This document shows positions 28,072 to 40,752 of a DNA stretch of 64,000 nucleotides, piece by piece. Below the pieces are notes generated by a model. It saw only the letters and a program-made list of their open reading frames with translations, made no database searches and had not been told where the DNA came from. Position 1 is the stretch's first letter; each line of letters opens with the position of its first letter. The DNA comes from Octopus vulgaris (lineage: Eukaryota): NCBI GenBank assembly GCA_951406725.2, contig OX597829.1, forward strand, positions 27,962,001 to 28,026,000, given 5' to 3'. Made by a program: the position numbers and the translations under genes.

Positions 28072-29047
28072 TGTAGGGAATACGACCGTACGTAAGGAGT
28101 TGGTGACAAAAATCTCATTTAAAATGCCGCACGGTCATCCCTAACAAAATAAGAAGCCAAATACATGATATAAAATACAGTGCCAAAGGGAATGAATGAA
28201 GGATGACAATCGTTCTATTGTTTGAGAGAGAAGAAGACTTTATTAAAAAAGTGTACAAAGGTAAAGTATGGGTGCTAGCAAAGTGTAGTGTCTGGATGCG
28301 TGCGACAAGTATTTGTGTGTGCAACAGAAAGTGCATGCGTATTACAGAATACAGAGCATAAGATACGTTTCTCAGCATATTGAGTTAAGATGGAATTTGT
28401 TTACCAGTTCATAAGTGAGGTACATGATAGCAAGTTCTATAACAAGATGTTGTGGACATGAGGCAGAGGCCGGTTGGGCACATGTCATGCAGCAGTTTGT
28501 GGCTTCAATGCCATGCCGAGTCTCTTGATACAGAAAGTTCTTTCAGGTAGACTGTAACTGTTTTACCTCGGTGAAATATTCACAAACAGTGTGGAGTTTA
28601 AACCTAGACGATGTTGATGTGTACATGTTACTGAAGTTGATGGTGGTAATGGTGATGATGGTGGAGATGTCCTATGCTGCTGGTGTACATTAGCATTGTC
28701 ATGTCTGAAGCAGGAGTATGGCTGGCTGGCTGGCCGTCTGTCACTGGAACAGGAACACAGCTGAGTAGCTCGGTGGTCAGTGACTAGACCTTAGAAGGTC
28801 TAGAGCCAAACACCTGGAATAGTAAATGCTGGCCTTTTTATAGCCTGGAGTAGGCTCAAATGAAGCATCTTATCCGAAGGCCGTGATATTTCACTGGCGC
28901 GCAATAAGTTGAGAGAGACAAACTGTGCCAATGCCAACCAATCAGAGCAGTGGACACAACAGGGTCAAACTAGCCAAAGATGGTTGTAATCTACCACGAG
29001 ATTATTCCTTATATGTCTCAAACAGTGAGGATATCAGTTACGCTACA
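28072..29047 (-). mobile_element. Probable solo LTR (~976 bp)
   Basis: TGTAG...CTACA ends. On the minus strand, TATAAAAA at about 28840 is followed by AATAAA at about 28240. No clear TSD. Confidence 0.5.
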
Positions 29048-29713
29048 TATGTAATGCAAGTCAGCATCACTAAACTGTGCCACATCATAGAGCGTAAATG
29101 GTTTGGTTGAAGATAGGTTTATACAGTGTAGTGTTGGCATGAAGAAAGGCATATTCTAAGTATATAGACATCATTTATTGATACATTAATACAGGTGTTA
29201 TTCAATACAAGAAAGATAAATTTTATATGAAACATCGTATATTACAAGAGCTGGAGATCATCACAAATTCATATTTACATTGATTTTTACACATCAATGC
29301 ATATTTTTTTTTGCATTGTTACCACGGTATGTTTCTTCATCTATTGCGCCAAGTTGAATATGTAGCTGTGAAAACGGCTATAAGCTAGAGCGAACTCCAC
29401 TAAGGACTGAATCACTCTGCCCTCTTTGCGTTAAAATGAATTGTATTTGTAGAAAGTCTTATTCATGCTGCCAGACTATCAAGACAACAAAAGTCGTTGA
29501 TTGGACGGAAATTGTGTTTGCACGCACAATCAACTTATGATTTCTATGTGATCAAACGTGGGGGTTGAATCCAATTCTTATAACAGTATCACTTCAATCA
29601 CACATCTATCAGGTACAGAAAGGAAAACACAGCTTTATTCAGTTACTCCTAACATTTAAAAGAACTTGATAACTAATTTTATACTAAGCATTCTCCAATT
29701 ATTGTTATTTATA

Positions 29714-30100
29714 GGCGTTGGAGTGGCTGTGTGATAAGTAGCTTGCTTACCAACCACATGGTTCCAGGTTCAGTCCCACTGCGTGGCACCTTGCACAAGT
29801 GTTTTCTACCATAGCCTCGGGCCAACCAAAGCCTTGTGAATGGATTTGGTAGATGGAAACTGAAAGAAGCCCGTCGTATATATGTATGTATATGTTTGTG
29901 TGTCTGTGTTTGTCCCCACAACATCGCTTGACCACCGATGCTGGTGTGTTTACATCCCCGTCACTTAGCGGTTCGGTAAAAGAGACCGATAAAATAAGTA
30001 CTAGGCTTACAAAGAATAAGTCCTGGGATCGATTTGCTCGACTAAAGGTGGTGCTCCAGCATGGCCACAGTCACATGACTGAAACAAGTAAAAAGAGTAA
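29714..30100 (+). mobile_element. Bipartite tRNA-derived SINE B (head, microsatellite, LINE-like tail)
   Basis: GGAGTGGCTGTGTG..GGTTCAGTCCC head and a 3' GGTGCTCCAGCATGGCCACAGTCACATGACTGAAAC end. Confidence 0.85.
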
Positions 30101-31269
30101 GCAGGCAATACATCAATGGGTTTACAAAGTGAAACTTAAGTACAATTGGAGAAGTAAAGAAAAGCTAATCTTGAATAAGATGAGTATTTATGTGAACAAT
30201 AACCAAGGAGATGAGAGTAAGCAAGTCCTTTTCTTTTATAGATTTATGATTGTTTCATCGAAAATTGATGTCCTAAGCATTACTATATTAATATGCAGTA
30301 ATATATGCAATCATTGATATATGAGATATCAGACACAAAATCAAATATCAGTTACTCGGACTCATGCATGTAAGTTATTTGGTGTAGAAACATGGGTTAG
30401 CAATAATTTATACTATATTAAGTTACACGTGTTTACATGGTTGAACAAAACAAACCTTGGTTTGATTTGACCAGTCAAGATAAAGGATCAATCAAAAAAA
30501 AAAAAAAAGAAAAAGAAATAAATAAACGTATGCAAGAAAAGAAAAGGCTTTGTTTTTAGACAATATAATGAATTAGTATTGTTACCACTGGCATCGATAG
30601 TCGAAATTTATAAACAGGAAATGAGGAGAAATATTTTCTTTGACAAGAGAAAAGATAGAAGAGAGATATAGGATACATGCTGTCTTAAGACCGTCCTGTA
30701 AAAAAAAAAAAGAAAGATGATCACGTGAGGAAGAGAAAGATGGAAGATGATCACGTGTGAGCAATGAGAGAGAGAAACGGAAAAGAAGGAGAGGGGGAGA
30801 GAAATAGAGAGAGACAGATAGGAAATAGTGAAGGGGAGGAAAAAGGGAATTAAAGAAAGGATGTGATGGAAAACAGTATAGAGTAGAATCACATCAGAAA
30901 GATAAAGATAAATTTATTTGAAAATGGAGGCGTGGTGTTGAATCAAACAATAATATAAATAATATATATATATATATATATCCGTAATAATGAAGGGTGA
31001 AATTAATTAATTTGGAATAATTATCAATTACACCAAGTAGTCTTCGGCATGTAAAAGCCTCATTCGAGGAAAATTTAAGTAATACTAAGCAATAAAGGGT
31101 TTGGCAACGAATTGCCTTACCACATACCGAATTTAGAAATAGCAGTCAAAGAGTTATAGCTATTTCTTCTACTAAAAAGGAGATCTCAGTAAAAACAGCA
31201 ATTGGAAGGCAGACACAAACAGGTAAGAGGGAATGAATTGACGGCAATCTATCATACAATTTTAAGTTA

Positions 31270-31370
31270 TCTACGGACGTACGTTTCGAAATCAAGTTTT
31301 TAGGAAAGCATAAGAATTAAATATTAAATAATTCTATCTTACCAAGAACTTCTTTTCTCTTCAGCGTAGA
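31270..31370 (-). ncRNA. Type I hammerhead ribozyme, copy 1
   Basis: Reverse complement of 31833-31933. Confidence 0.85.
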
Positions 31371-31832
31371 ATACTATAATCATAAATGATTATATATTGA
31401 ATTTTGAGATACTAGAAGGCATCAACTCAACTCAGTATCAGAGCGAGCTAGAATCCGCAACTAGTATCACCAAATTCAATGTGTGAATGAAAAGATTGTG
31501 TCACCAGCCCCTTCCCACCCGCGTGTAGCCAAAACAAGATGCTGTGGTCATCTACTGAGATAAAATATGGTTATCCGTAATAATGAAGGGTGAAATTAAT
31601 TAATTTGGAATAATTATCAATTACACCAAGTAGTCTTCGGCATGTAAAAGCCTCATTCGAGGAAAATTTAAGTAATACACGCGGGTGGGAAGGGGCTGGT
31701 GACACAATCTTTTCATTCACACATTGAATTTGGTGATACTAGTTGCGGATTCTAGCTCGCTCTGATACTGAGTTGAGTTGATGCCTTCTAGTATCTCAAA
31801 ATTCAATATATAATCATTTATGATTATAGTAT

Positions 31833-31933
31833 TCTACGCTGAAGAGAAAAGAAGTTCTTGGTAAGATAGAATTATTTAATATTTAATTCTTATGCTTTCC
31901 TAAAAACTTGATTTCGAAACGTACGTCCGTAGA
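31833..31933 (+). ncRNA. Type I hammerhead ribozyme, copy 2
   Basis: TCTACG-CTGAAGA-[~70-nt stem II]-GAAA-C-GTAC-G-TC-CGTAGA. Predicted cleavage is after C31927. Confidence 0.85.
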
Positions 31934-32425
31934 TAACTTAAAATTGTATGATAGATTGCCGTCAATTCATTCCCTCTTACCTGTTTGTGTCTGCCTTCCA
32001 ATTGCTGTTTTTACTGAGATCTCCTTTTTAGTAGAAGAAATAGCTATAACTCTTTGACTGCTATTTCTAAATTCGGTATGTGGTAAGGCAATTCGTTGCC
32101 AAACCCTTTATTGCTTAGTATTACTTAAATTTTCCTCGAATGAGGCTTTTACATGCCGAAGACTACTTGGTGTAATTGATAATTATTCCAAATTAATTAA
32201 TTTCACCCTTCATTATTACGGATAACCATATTTTATCTCAGTAGATGACCACAGCATCTTGTTTTGGCTACACGCGGGTGGGAAGGGGCTGGTGACACAA
32301 TCTTTTCATTCACACATTGAATTTGGTGATACTAGTTGCGGATTCTAGCTCGCTCTGATACTGAGTTGAGTTGATGCCTTCTAGTATCTCAAAATTCAAT
32401 ATATAATCATTTATGATTATAGTAT

Positions 32426-32526
32426 TCTACGCTGAAGAGAAAAGAAGTTCTTGGTAAGATAGAATTATTTAATATTTAATTCTTATGCTTTCCTAAAAAC
32501 TTGATTTCGAAACGTACGTCCGTAGA
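32426..32526 (+). ncRNA. Type I hammerhead ribozyme, copy 3
   Basis: Identical to copy 2. Confidence 0.85.
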
Positions 32527-33018
32527 TAACTTAAAATTGTATGATAGATTGCCGTCAATTCATTCCCTCTTACCTGTTTGTGTCTGCCTTCCAATTGCTG
32601 TTTTTACTGAGATCTCCCTTTTAGTAGAAGAAATAGCTATAACTCTTTGACTGCTATTTCTAAATTCGGTATGTGGTAAGGCAATTCGTTGCCAAACCCT
32701 TTATTGCTTAGTATTACTTAAATTTTCCTCGAATGAGGCTTTTACATGCCGAAGACTACTTGGTGTAATTGATAATTATTCCAAATTAATTAATTTCACC
32801 CTTCATTATTACGGATAACCATATTTTATCTCAGTAGATGACCACAGCATCTTGTTTTGGCTACACGCGGGTGGGAAGGGGCTAGTGACACAATCTTTTC
32901 ATTCACACATTGAATTTGGTGATACTAGTTGCGGATTCTAGCTCGCTCTGATACTGAGTTGAGTTGATGCCTTCTAGTATCTCAAAATTCAATATATAAT
33001 CATTTATGATTATAGTAT

Positions 33019-33116
33019 TCTACGCTGAAGAGAAAACAACTTGGTAAGATAGAATTATTTAATATTTAATTCTTATGCTTTCCTAAAAACTTGATTTCGA
33101 AACGTACGTCCGTAGA
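33019..33116 (+). ncRNA. Type I hammerhead ribozyme, copy 4 (stem II 3 nt shorter)
   Basis: Core intact; GAAAACAACTTGG replaces GAAAAGAAGTTCTTGG. Confidence 0.8.
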
Positions 33117-33608
33117 TAACTTAAAATTGTATGATAGATTGCCGTCAATTCATTCCCTCTTACCTGTTTGTGTCTGCCTTCCAATTGCTGTTTTTACTGA
33201 GATCTCCCTTTTTAGTAGAAGAAATAGCTATAACTCTTTGACTGCTATTTCTAAATTCGGTATGTGGTAAGGCAATTCGTTGCCAAACCCTTTATTGCTT
33301 AGTATTACTTAAATTTTCCTCGAATGAGGCTTTTACATGCCGAGACTACTTGGTGTAATTGATAATTATTCCAAATTAATTAATTTCACCCTTCATTATT
33401 ACGGATAACCATATTTTATCTCAGTAGATGACCACAGCATCTTGTTTTGGCTACACGCGGGTGGGAAGGGGCTGGTGACACAATCTTTTCATTCACACAT
33501 TGAATTTGGTGATACTAGTTGCGGATTCTAGCTCGCTCTGATACTGAGTTGAGTTGATGCCTTCTAGTATCTCAAAATTCAATATATAATCATTTATGAT
33601 TATAGTAT

Positions 33609-33709
33609 TCTACGCTGAAGAGAAAAGAAGTTCTTGGTAAGATAGAATTATTTAATATTTAATTCTTATGCTTTCCTAAAAACTTGATTTCGAAACGTAC
33701 GTCCGTAGA
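33609..33709 (+). ncRNA. Type I hammerhead ribozyme, copy 5
   Basis: Identical to copy 2. Confidence 0.85.
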
Positions 33710-34016
33710 TAACTTAAAATTGTATGATAGATTGCCGTCAATTCATTCCCTCTTACCTGTTTGTGTCTGCCTTCCAATTGCTGTTTTTACTGAGATCTCC
33801 CTTTTTAGTAGAAGAAATAGCTATAACTCTTTGACTGCTATTTCTAAATTCGGTATGTGGTAAGGCAATTCGTTGCCAAACCCTTTATTGCTTAGTATAT
33901 ATATATATATATATATATATATAACACATACATATGTACATACATACAAACACACGCACATACACACACACACGCACATACACACACATGCACATACACA
34001 CACACTCACACACACA

Positions 34017-34057
<41 letters not shown>

Positions 34058-36266
34058 TTATACACACATACATATATGGATATCAGACGTCACCATCAGT
34101 AAACAACATGAAATACAAAAGCAAATGAGTTCATTATGCAAGCAAAAAGAGAAAGAAATGGAAAACAGGACAAATGACATAAAGAACAACCCATCATCAG
34201 TTTGCGGGCTGTTTATTTTCTCCTCATTTCGGGCAATGAGTCATCGAAGATAGTTTACTCCAATAAGTACCAAAATAAAATTTGAGATATGGAGGGTGAA
34301 AGTTGGGAACAAAAACAGGACAGTTGTGACATACAAGGAAATGAAGGAAAAGAATCGTGGAAGGACCTTAGACCAGAACGAGGGTAAAACAGCGAACGCT
34401 GGAGAAATAGTTTTTTTGAGAAGAGAAAAGATAGAGGAGGGAGAGATAGGATACGTGCTGCCTTTAAGACAGTCTGCAAAGGAAAGAAAGATGATCCCGT
34501 GAGAAAGGGAAAGATGGACGATGGTCACGTGTGAGCAACGAAAAGGAGAAGTGGAGAAAGAGGGAGATGGAGAAAGAAATAGAGAGAGAGTCAGACAGAC
34601 AGATAGGAAATGTGAAGGAGAGGAAAAAAGGAAATTAGAGAAAGGGTGAGAGATAAAACATACAGAGTAGAGTCGCATCAAAAAAGCATAAATTTACTTG
34701 CAAATGGATGTGTGGCGTTCAGTCAAACAATAATATAAATAATACACACACACACACACATATATACACATGCATATATGAGTACAAGACATCACCAACA
34801 GAAAACAATATGAAATACGAAAGCAAATGAGTTCATTATGCAAGCAAAAAGAGAAAGAAATGGAAAACAGGACAAATGACATAAAGAACAACCCTTTATC
34901 AGTTGTTGGTTCTCTATCTACTCCTCATTTCGAGCATTGAACGACAACACGAGTCTTCGAAGACAGTTCCTCCCATAAGTATCAAAATAAAATTAGGGAT
35001 TTATGAGGGTGAAAGTTGGCAACGAAAACAGGATGGTGGAGACATACAAAGAAACCGAACGAAGAGAAACATGGAGGGTCGTCAGAACAGAACGAGGGTA
35101 AAATAGCGAATGCTGGAGAAATATTTTCTTTGACAAGAAAAAAGAGAGAAAAAAGAGATAGGATCCTTGTTGTTCTTAAGGCAGTCCTGAAAGAAAAGAA
35201 AGATGACCATATGAGGAAGAGAAAGATGGACGATGGTCATATGTGAGCAATGAGAGAGAAAGAGAAAGAGAGAGAGAAGCAGAAAAAGGGGTAGAGAGAG
35301 AGAGAGAGAGAGAAGCGGGAAAAAAAGGGGGGGGAAGAAACGGAAAAGGGGTAGAGAGAGAGACAGACAGACAGAGACACATAGAAAACTGTGAAGGGAG
35401 GAAAAAAGGGAATTAGAGAAAAGATGAGATAGAAAACAGTATTGAGTTGAGTCACATCAAAAGGATAAAGATAAACTTACTTGCAAATGGATGCGTGGCG
35501 TTCAATTAAAGAGAATAATATATATATATATATATGCACACACATGCATATACAGTTACCGGACGTCACCAACAGTAAACAATATAAAATATGAAAGCAA
35601 GTAAGTTCAATTCACAAACAACGAGGGAAACAAATGGAAAACAGGACAATAACATAAAAACGACCCTTTATCAGTTGTTGGTTCTCTATCTACTCCTCAT
35701 TTCGAGCATTGAATGACAACACGAGTCTTCGAAGACAGTTCCTCCCATAAGTATCAAAATAAAATTAGGGATTTATGAGGGTGAAAGTTGGCAACGAAAA
35801 CAGGATGGTGGAGACATACAAAGAAACCGAACGAAGAGAAACATGGAGGGTCGTCAGAACAGAACGAGGGTAAAATAGCGAATGCTGGAGAAATGATTTC
35901 TTTGAGAAGAGAAAAGATAGAGGAGAGAGATAGTACACGTGCGGTTCTTGAGACAGTCTTGAAAGAAAAGAAAGATGATCACGTGAGGAAGAGAAAGATG
36001 GACGATAGTCACGTGTGAGCAACAAAAGAGAGAAATAGATAAAGAGGGGGAAAGAGAGAGAGAGAGAGAGAGGTAGAGAATGGTGAAGGGGAGGAAAAAA
36101 GGGAATTAGAGAAACGATGAGAGAGAAAACATTGATTAGTGTTGTATGAAAAAGATAAAGACAAATTTACTTGGAAATGGATGCGTGGTGTTGACTCAAA
36201 CAATAATATAAATAATATATATATACATACATAAAAACACACACACATATATGTGTGTGTGTGTGT

Positions 36267-36316
<50 letters not shown>

Positions 36317-37419
36317 GCATATATGGGTACAGGACGTCACCAACAGTAAACAACATGAAACAGGAATGCAAATAAGTTCAAACGCATGGAGCGAGAGAAC
36401 AGATCAAAATAATATATAGAACAACCCTTCATCAGATGTCGGCTGTCTATCTGCTCCTCATTTTGTGCATTGAATGACAATATGAGCCTTTGATGACAGT
36501 TGCTCCCATAACTACCAAAATAAAATTTATGGAGCTTCAAAGTTTGGAACAAAAAAAGGACCAGAACGAGGGTAAAATAGCAAACGCTGGAGAAATATTT
36601 TCTTTGATATGAGAAAAGGTAGAAGAGAGAGATAGGAAATATGCTGTCCTCAACTCAAGACAGTTCTGAAAGAAAAGAAAGATGATCACGTGAGGATGAG
36701 AAAGATGCATGATGGTCACGTGTGAGCAACGACAGAGAGAAACAGAGAAAGAGTGAGAGAGAGAAAAAGAAATAGATAGAAAACGGTGAAGGGGAGAAAA
36801 AGGGAATTAGGGAAAGAATGAGAGATAAAACATTAGAGAGTAGAGCCGCATCAAAAAGATAAGTATAACCTTACTTGGATAAGAATGCATGGTGATCAAT
36901 CACATCATAATATAAGTAATATATATATATACATTATTCAACCATGGTGGTGGTTGAATATATTCTTAAGTCAACCATTTTGTCAATCGCAGCAGCTCCC
37001 AAGCTTCACCACTAATTCAGTTCTCAACTAAATTGCAAACTGTTAATAGTTTTAAAGAGGACACCTCCCCAGCTACACTTTGGCATAAATAGTTTGAGAT
37101 TTGGTTCAGTAGAAAAAAAGTTACATCAAAATATCTGCGACCTTAGGGGGGGGGGACAGTAAGGCACCTATTCACCCGCAATTAACATAAACTTTTTAAT
37201 TTTAAAATAAAAGAATACTTTTCTTAGGCTTAAATGATAGAAAAATGTATGAGGAATACAGAGTCATTAATCGCATTGAACAACAATTAGCAGAAGAAAA
37301 GTTATGAGGTAAAATGCCGTGAAATTTCGTGTCAGTAAGTAAAAGAGTAAGGAAGTAATGCTTAGCAATAAAGCAATAAGAATAAAGAATATATTGCTAA
37401 AATGAATGTTTGCGTTCCA

Positions 37420-37550
37420 AGGTGGCGAGCTCGCAGAAACGTTAATGCACCGTGCGAAATTCTTAGCAGTATTTTGCCTGTGTTTACATTTTGAGTTCAA
37501 ATTCCGCCGAGGCCAACTTTGCTTTTTATCCATTTTGGATCTATTCAATT
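37420..37550 (+). mobile_element. SINE C 5' fragment
   Basis: GGTGGCGAGCTCGCAGAA..GAGTTCAAATTCCGCCGAGG matches the copy at 52651. Confidence 0.7.
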
Positions 37551-37859
37551 TGACTTACAGATTATTTAATTAATTTTTTTAAAAATTAGACATTTTGAAA
37601 CTTCTGATACTGGTACAATGTGTCACATACAACAGGGTTTACTCTTAATGCTTTGGACAAAATTTTGTATTTTAGAAGTTATTTCGTCACAAGTTACATT
37701 GACAATGGACAAATTTGTGTTTGATAAGTGCCAATACATGAAACTTTCAGCTTTCGACTTACTCTCTAACTTCTCCCGATGATATATACGCATATTATAC
37801 ATATATGTGTAAAACAATTCTCATCATACAATCAAACCAACAAAAGAGCCTCTACCTGG

Positions 37860-39135
37860 TCGATCGACACGCTAAAAATAGTGACCAAATGAAGTTTATT
37901 TTTCGACATAGTCCCCCTTGCAGTCCATACACTTCTTCCATCAGTGTTACAGTACTTGGATCTCATTGCTGAAGTAGTTTTCATCCTGTTAGTCAAAAAA
38001 GTCATCAACTGCAGATTTGATGTCATCAACACTGTGATTCTGGTTCCTAGCCAAGTGTGTTTTCATGTTGAGGAACAGATAGTAGTCAGATGGGGCCAAG
38101 TCAGGAGAATAGGGAGGCTGATCACCCAGCTGCACGCCACAGTCATGCTCAATAGCTACTGAAACCAAAGACAGTACCAACACACAAGTCCTTGGTGCAC
38201 ACAAATCTTGATGAAACAAGACCATTTTTGTCAATTTTCCAGGGTGCTTGGTCTTGATAGGCTTTCATATCTGCCTCAGCAAGTTGGCATAATACAGGCC
38301 ATTGATGGTGTAGACCTTTTGAAGATAGTCAGTCAACACAATGCCTTTTGCATCCCCCAAAAAACTGAGACCTTCACCTTCCCTGCAGATAAAACGACCT
38401 TGGCCTTCTTTGGTGTGGGGGAGACGGTGTATTTCTACTGCTTGGATTGTCTCTTCATGTCTGGTTCAAAGTGATGAACACAACACTCATCCTGGCTTAG
38501 CAAACGTTCAAGGAAACCAGCTGGATCTGTCTCAGACAATGTCAAATTTTCCCATGATGTGATCAGCCTGGTACACTTATGATCAGGTGTCAGAAGATGT
38601 GGCACCCACTGAACAGAAACATTCATCATGCCAAGTTCATTTTGTACAGAATATTCTCAACTCACTCACAGGATATGCTAACAGCATTAGATATATGATT
38701 TATAGTCAATCACCTATCAGCCATCCCCATTTGGAGAACAAAATGAATGTTTTCCTTGATGGTGGCAGTTGAAGGATGTCCAGATCTTGGGTCATCTTCA
38801 AAACTCTTCCTTCCACTCCTAAATTCAGCTGCCCACTTTTGCACTGTTGATAAAGCTGGAGTGTCATCCCCCACTGTAGCAACTATGTCAGCATGTATGT
38901 CCTTGGAGACTAAACCATTTTTCTTTGATAACACCACAATGCCAAGGTTTATCCATTTTCAAGAGAAGCCACTACTAGTTACATTTTGAAGTCTTTGAAC
39001 AGTCAGATGCCAATTTAGCTGGACAGAGACAATGCTGTTATTAATAATAAGGGTCAAGGGTTGAAATGAATTCATGAAATATTTCACAGCTCTAGCATCA
39101 CTCCTCCATAGTCAGCATATGAAATTTTCAGCCCT
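37860..39135 (-). mobile_element. Decayed mariner (Tc1/mariner) transposon
   Basis: HTH region TVQKWAAEF..EDDPRSGHP, plus WVPHLL, DECCVHHF and YSPDLAPSDYYLF motifs, in broken frames. Confidence 0.88.
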
Positions 39136-39171
39136 GCTTGTAATTGGTAATTTCATTTCATGATCAAATAC

Positions 39172-39530
39172 TTTTATCTTTTCCTTGTTTCAGTCACTGA
39201 ACTGTGGCTGAGCAGGGTACACCATCTCAAAGAGTTTTAGCCAAATGAATTGACCCTGTATTTATTTTTTCATTCTATTGGTCTTTTATACCAAACCACT
39301 AAGTTATGGGGACACAAACAAGACTGGTTATCAAGTGGTGGTTAGGGACAAACATAAAGACACATACACACACACACAGTGGGCTTCTCTTAATTTCCAT
39401 CTACCAAATCTATTTTGATCAGCCTGAGGCTATAGCAGAAGATACTTGCCCAAGGTGCCATACAGTGGGACTGAACCCAGAACCATGTGGTTAGAAAGAA
39501 AGCTTATTATCACACAGCCACATCTGCGCT
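39172..39530 (-). mobile_element. SINE B, diverged
   Basis: Colinear with 47749-48154. Confidence 0.7.
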
Positions 39531-39954
39531 TATTTAAGCAATAATTATTTTTCTTTTTTGCTTTTGTTTTGCTTTAAAAGAAGCTGTTACCCAAGTACTT
39601 AACAACAGAAGTGAGGGTAAAAAAATAGTCTTTTCATAATTTGCATATTTACTGGTTTAAAACTATTAAAGTAGTTACTTATGAGATTTAAATGTCTTTT
39701 ACATGTTGACACAAAGCATTTAGTGCAAAAATAGGAATAGATTTGCATATTAATTAGACTAGTTAGACATGCTAATGCTCCAAAATTGTAATCATGGTTT
39801 AAAAGTATATTTCAGTTTACTGCAGCCTAGGAATACAAATGTTTATTAAAAGTAATGGTTAAAACTACTGTCACTGTCTGCTTTAATATTTTGTCGCCTT
39901 ATTAGTTTGCAAAGAGTATTGGGTTAATTAATTTCAAGTATTTTTGAGGCTGTT

Positions 39955-40255
39955 GGTTATAGTATAAGAGAATGAACAGAAGTGAACAGAATAATAAAAG
40001 AATAGAAGATGAATAAAGCAGAATGAAATATAATAAAATACAATAGAATAGAATAGAAGTAAAGTAGGACAAAAATAGGTTGAATACAAGATAGAATAAT
40101 AATAAAATAGAACAGAATACAAGAGAATAGAATAAAGTTGAATAGAATACAACAGAATAGAATATGCCTAAAGTAGAATAGCATACAACAGAATACAATA
40201 CGAGGGATAAAGTAGAATATAATACAACAGAATATAGATAAGGTAGAATAGATTT
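39955..40255. repeat. Degenerate (AATAG)n pentanucleotide tract
   Basis: Direct reading. Confidence 0.8.
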
Positions 40256-40614
40256 AACTGGTTTGTCATATAAATTTGTTCTTTATTTTTCCTCCTATTT
40301 TAATCCTTATTTCCCATCAACAATTTTAACAAGTTGGTCCATAATATATTCTTCATTGTTCGCATCTTCTTGCCAACATTCCGCTCATTTGTCAATACCT
40401 AGTCAATAGAAATCATTGGATTCTTGACATGTCACCGGGAAAATCGAAAGCTGAGCCAACTGACTGAAGACCCAAGAGTAGACGTCAGGCAAAAATAATT
40501 TTCTCTTGAGCATCCTTAAGCATAAAAATTTTCCCTTGAACTGCTCACATGCAATTGTTATAGTTATTATTAAGTCAAAAATTAGGCTTGATCAAGCAGA
40601 AATATAATTGGAGG

Positions 40615-40752
40615 CAGGGGCAGACTGAGAATATTAGGGGCCCTTGGGTATAACCATTTACCGGGCCCCTTTGAATGTGTGTTTTGGTAGAGTTAACATG
40701 TAGAGTGCGGGCCCCTCAGAGCCTGATTGACTGGCAGCTCAGTCTGCCTCTG
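40615..40752. mobile_element. hAT-type MITE (138 bp)
   Basis: TIRs CAGGGGCAGACTGAG / CTCAGTCTGCCTCTG; 8-bp TSD ATTGGAGG/ATTGTAGG. Confidence 0.75.

Larger units (their letters stand above)
30981..33898. mobile_element. Tandem 593-bp hammerhead-containing retroelement array (retrozyme/Penelope-like) with an internal inversion
   Basis: 1.18 units at 30981-31678, then 3.75 inverted units starting at 31676, 32269, 32862 and 33452. (TA)n on both sides and no internal ORF of 60 aa or more. Confidence 0.9.
30580..36925. repeat. Older ~700-780-bp tandem array (one partial and four units) with TA/CA spacers, interrupted by the hammerhead array
   Basis: Units at 30580-30961, 34070-34745, 34770-35525, 35545-36215 and 36315-36925 share GATCACGTGAGGAAGAGAAAGATG and CAATAATATAAATAAT-like motifs. 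Confidence 0.85.

Noticed and set aside
34190-36500. Hammerhead in the ~750-bp array (minus-strand CTGATGAAGGG and CGAAA pieces)
   Set aside because: The core halves are in the wrong order, and I could not build consistent stems.
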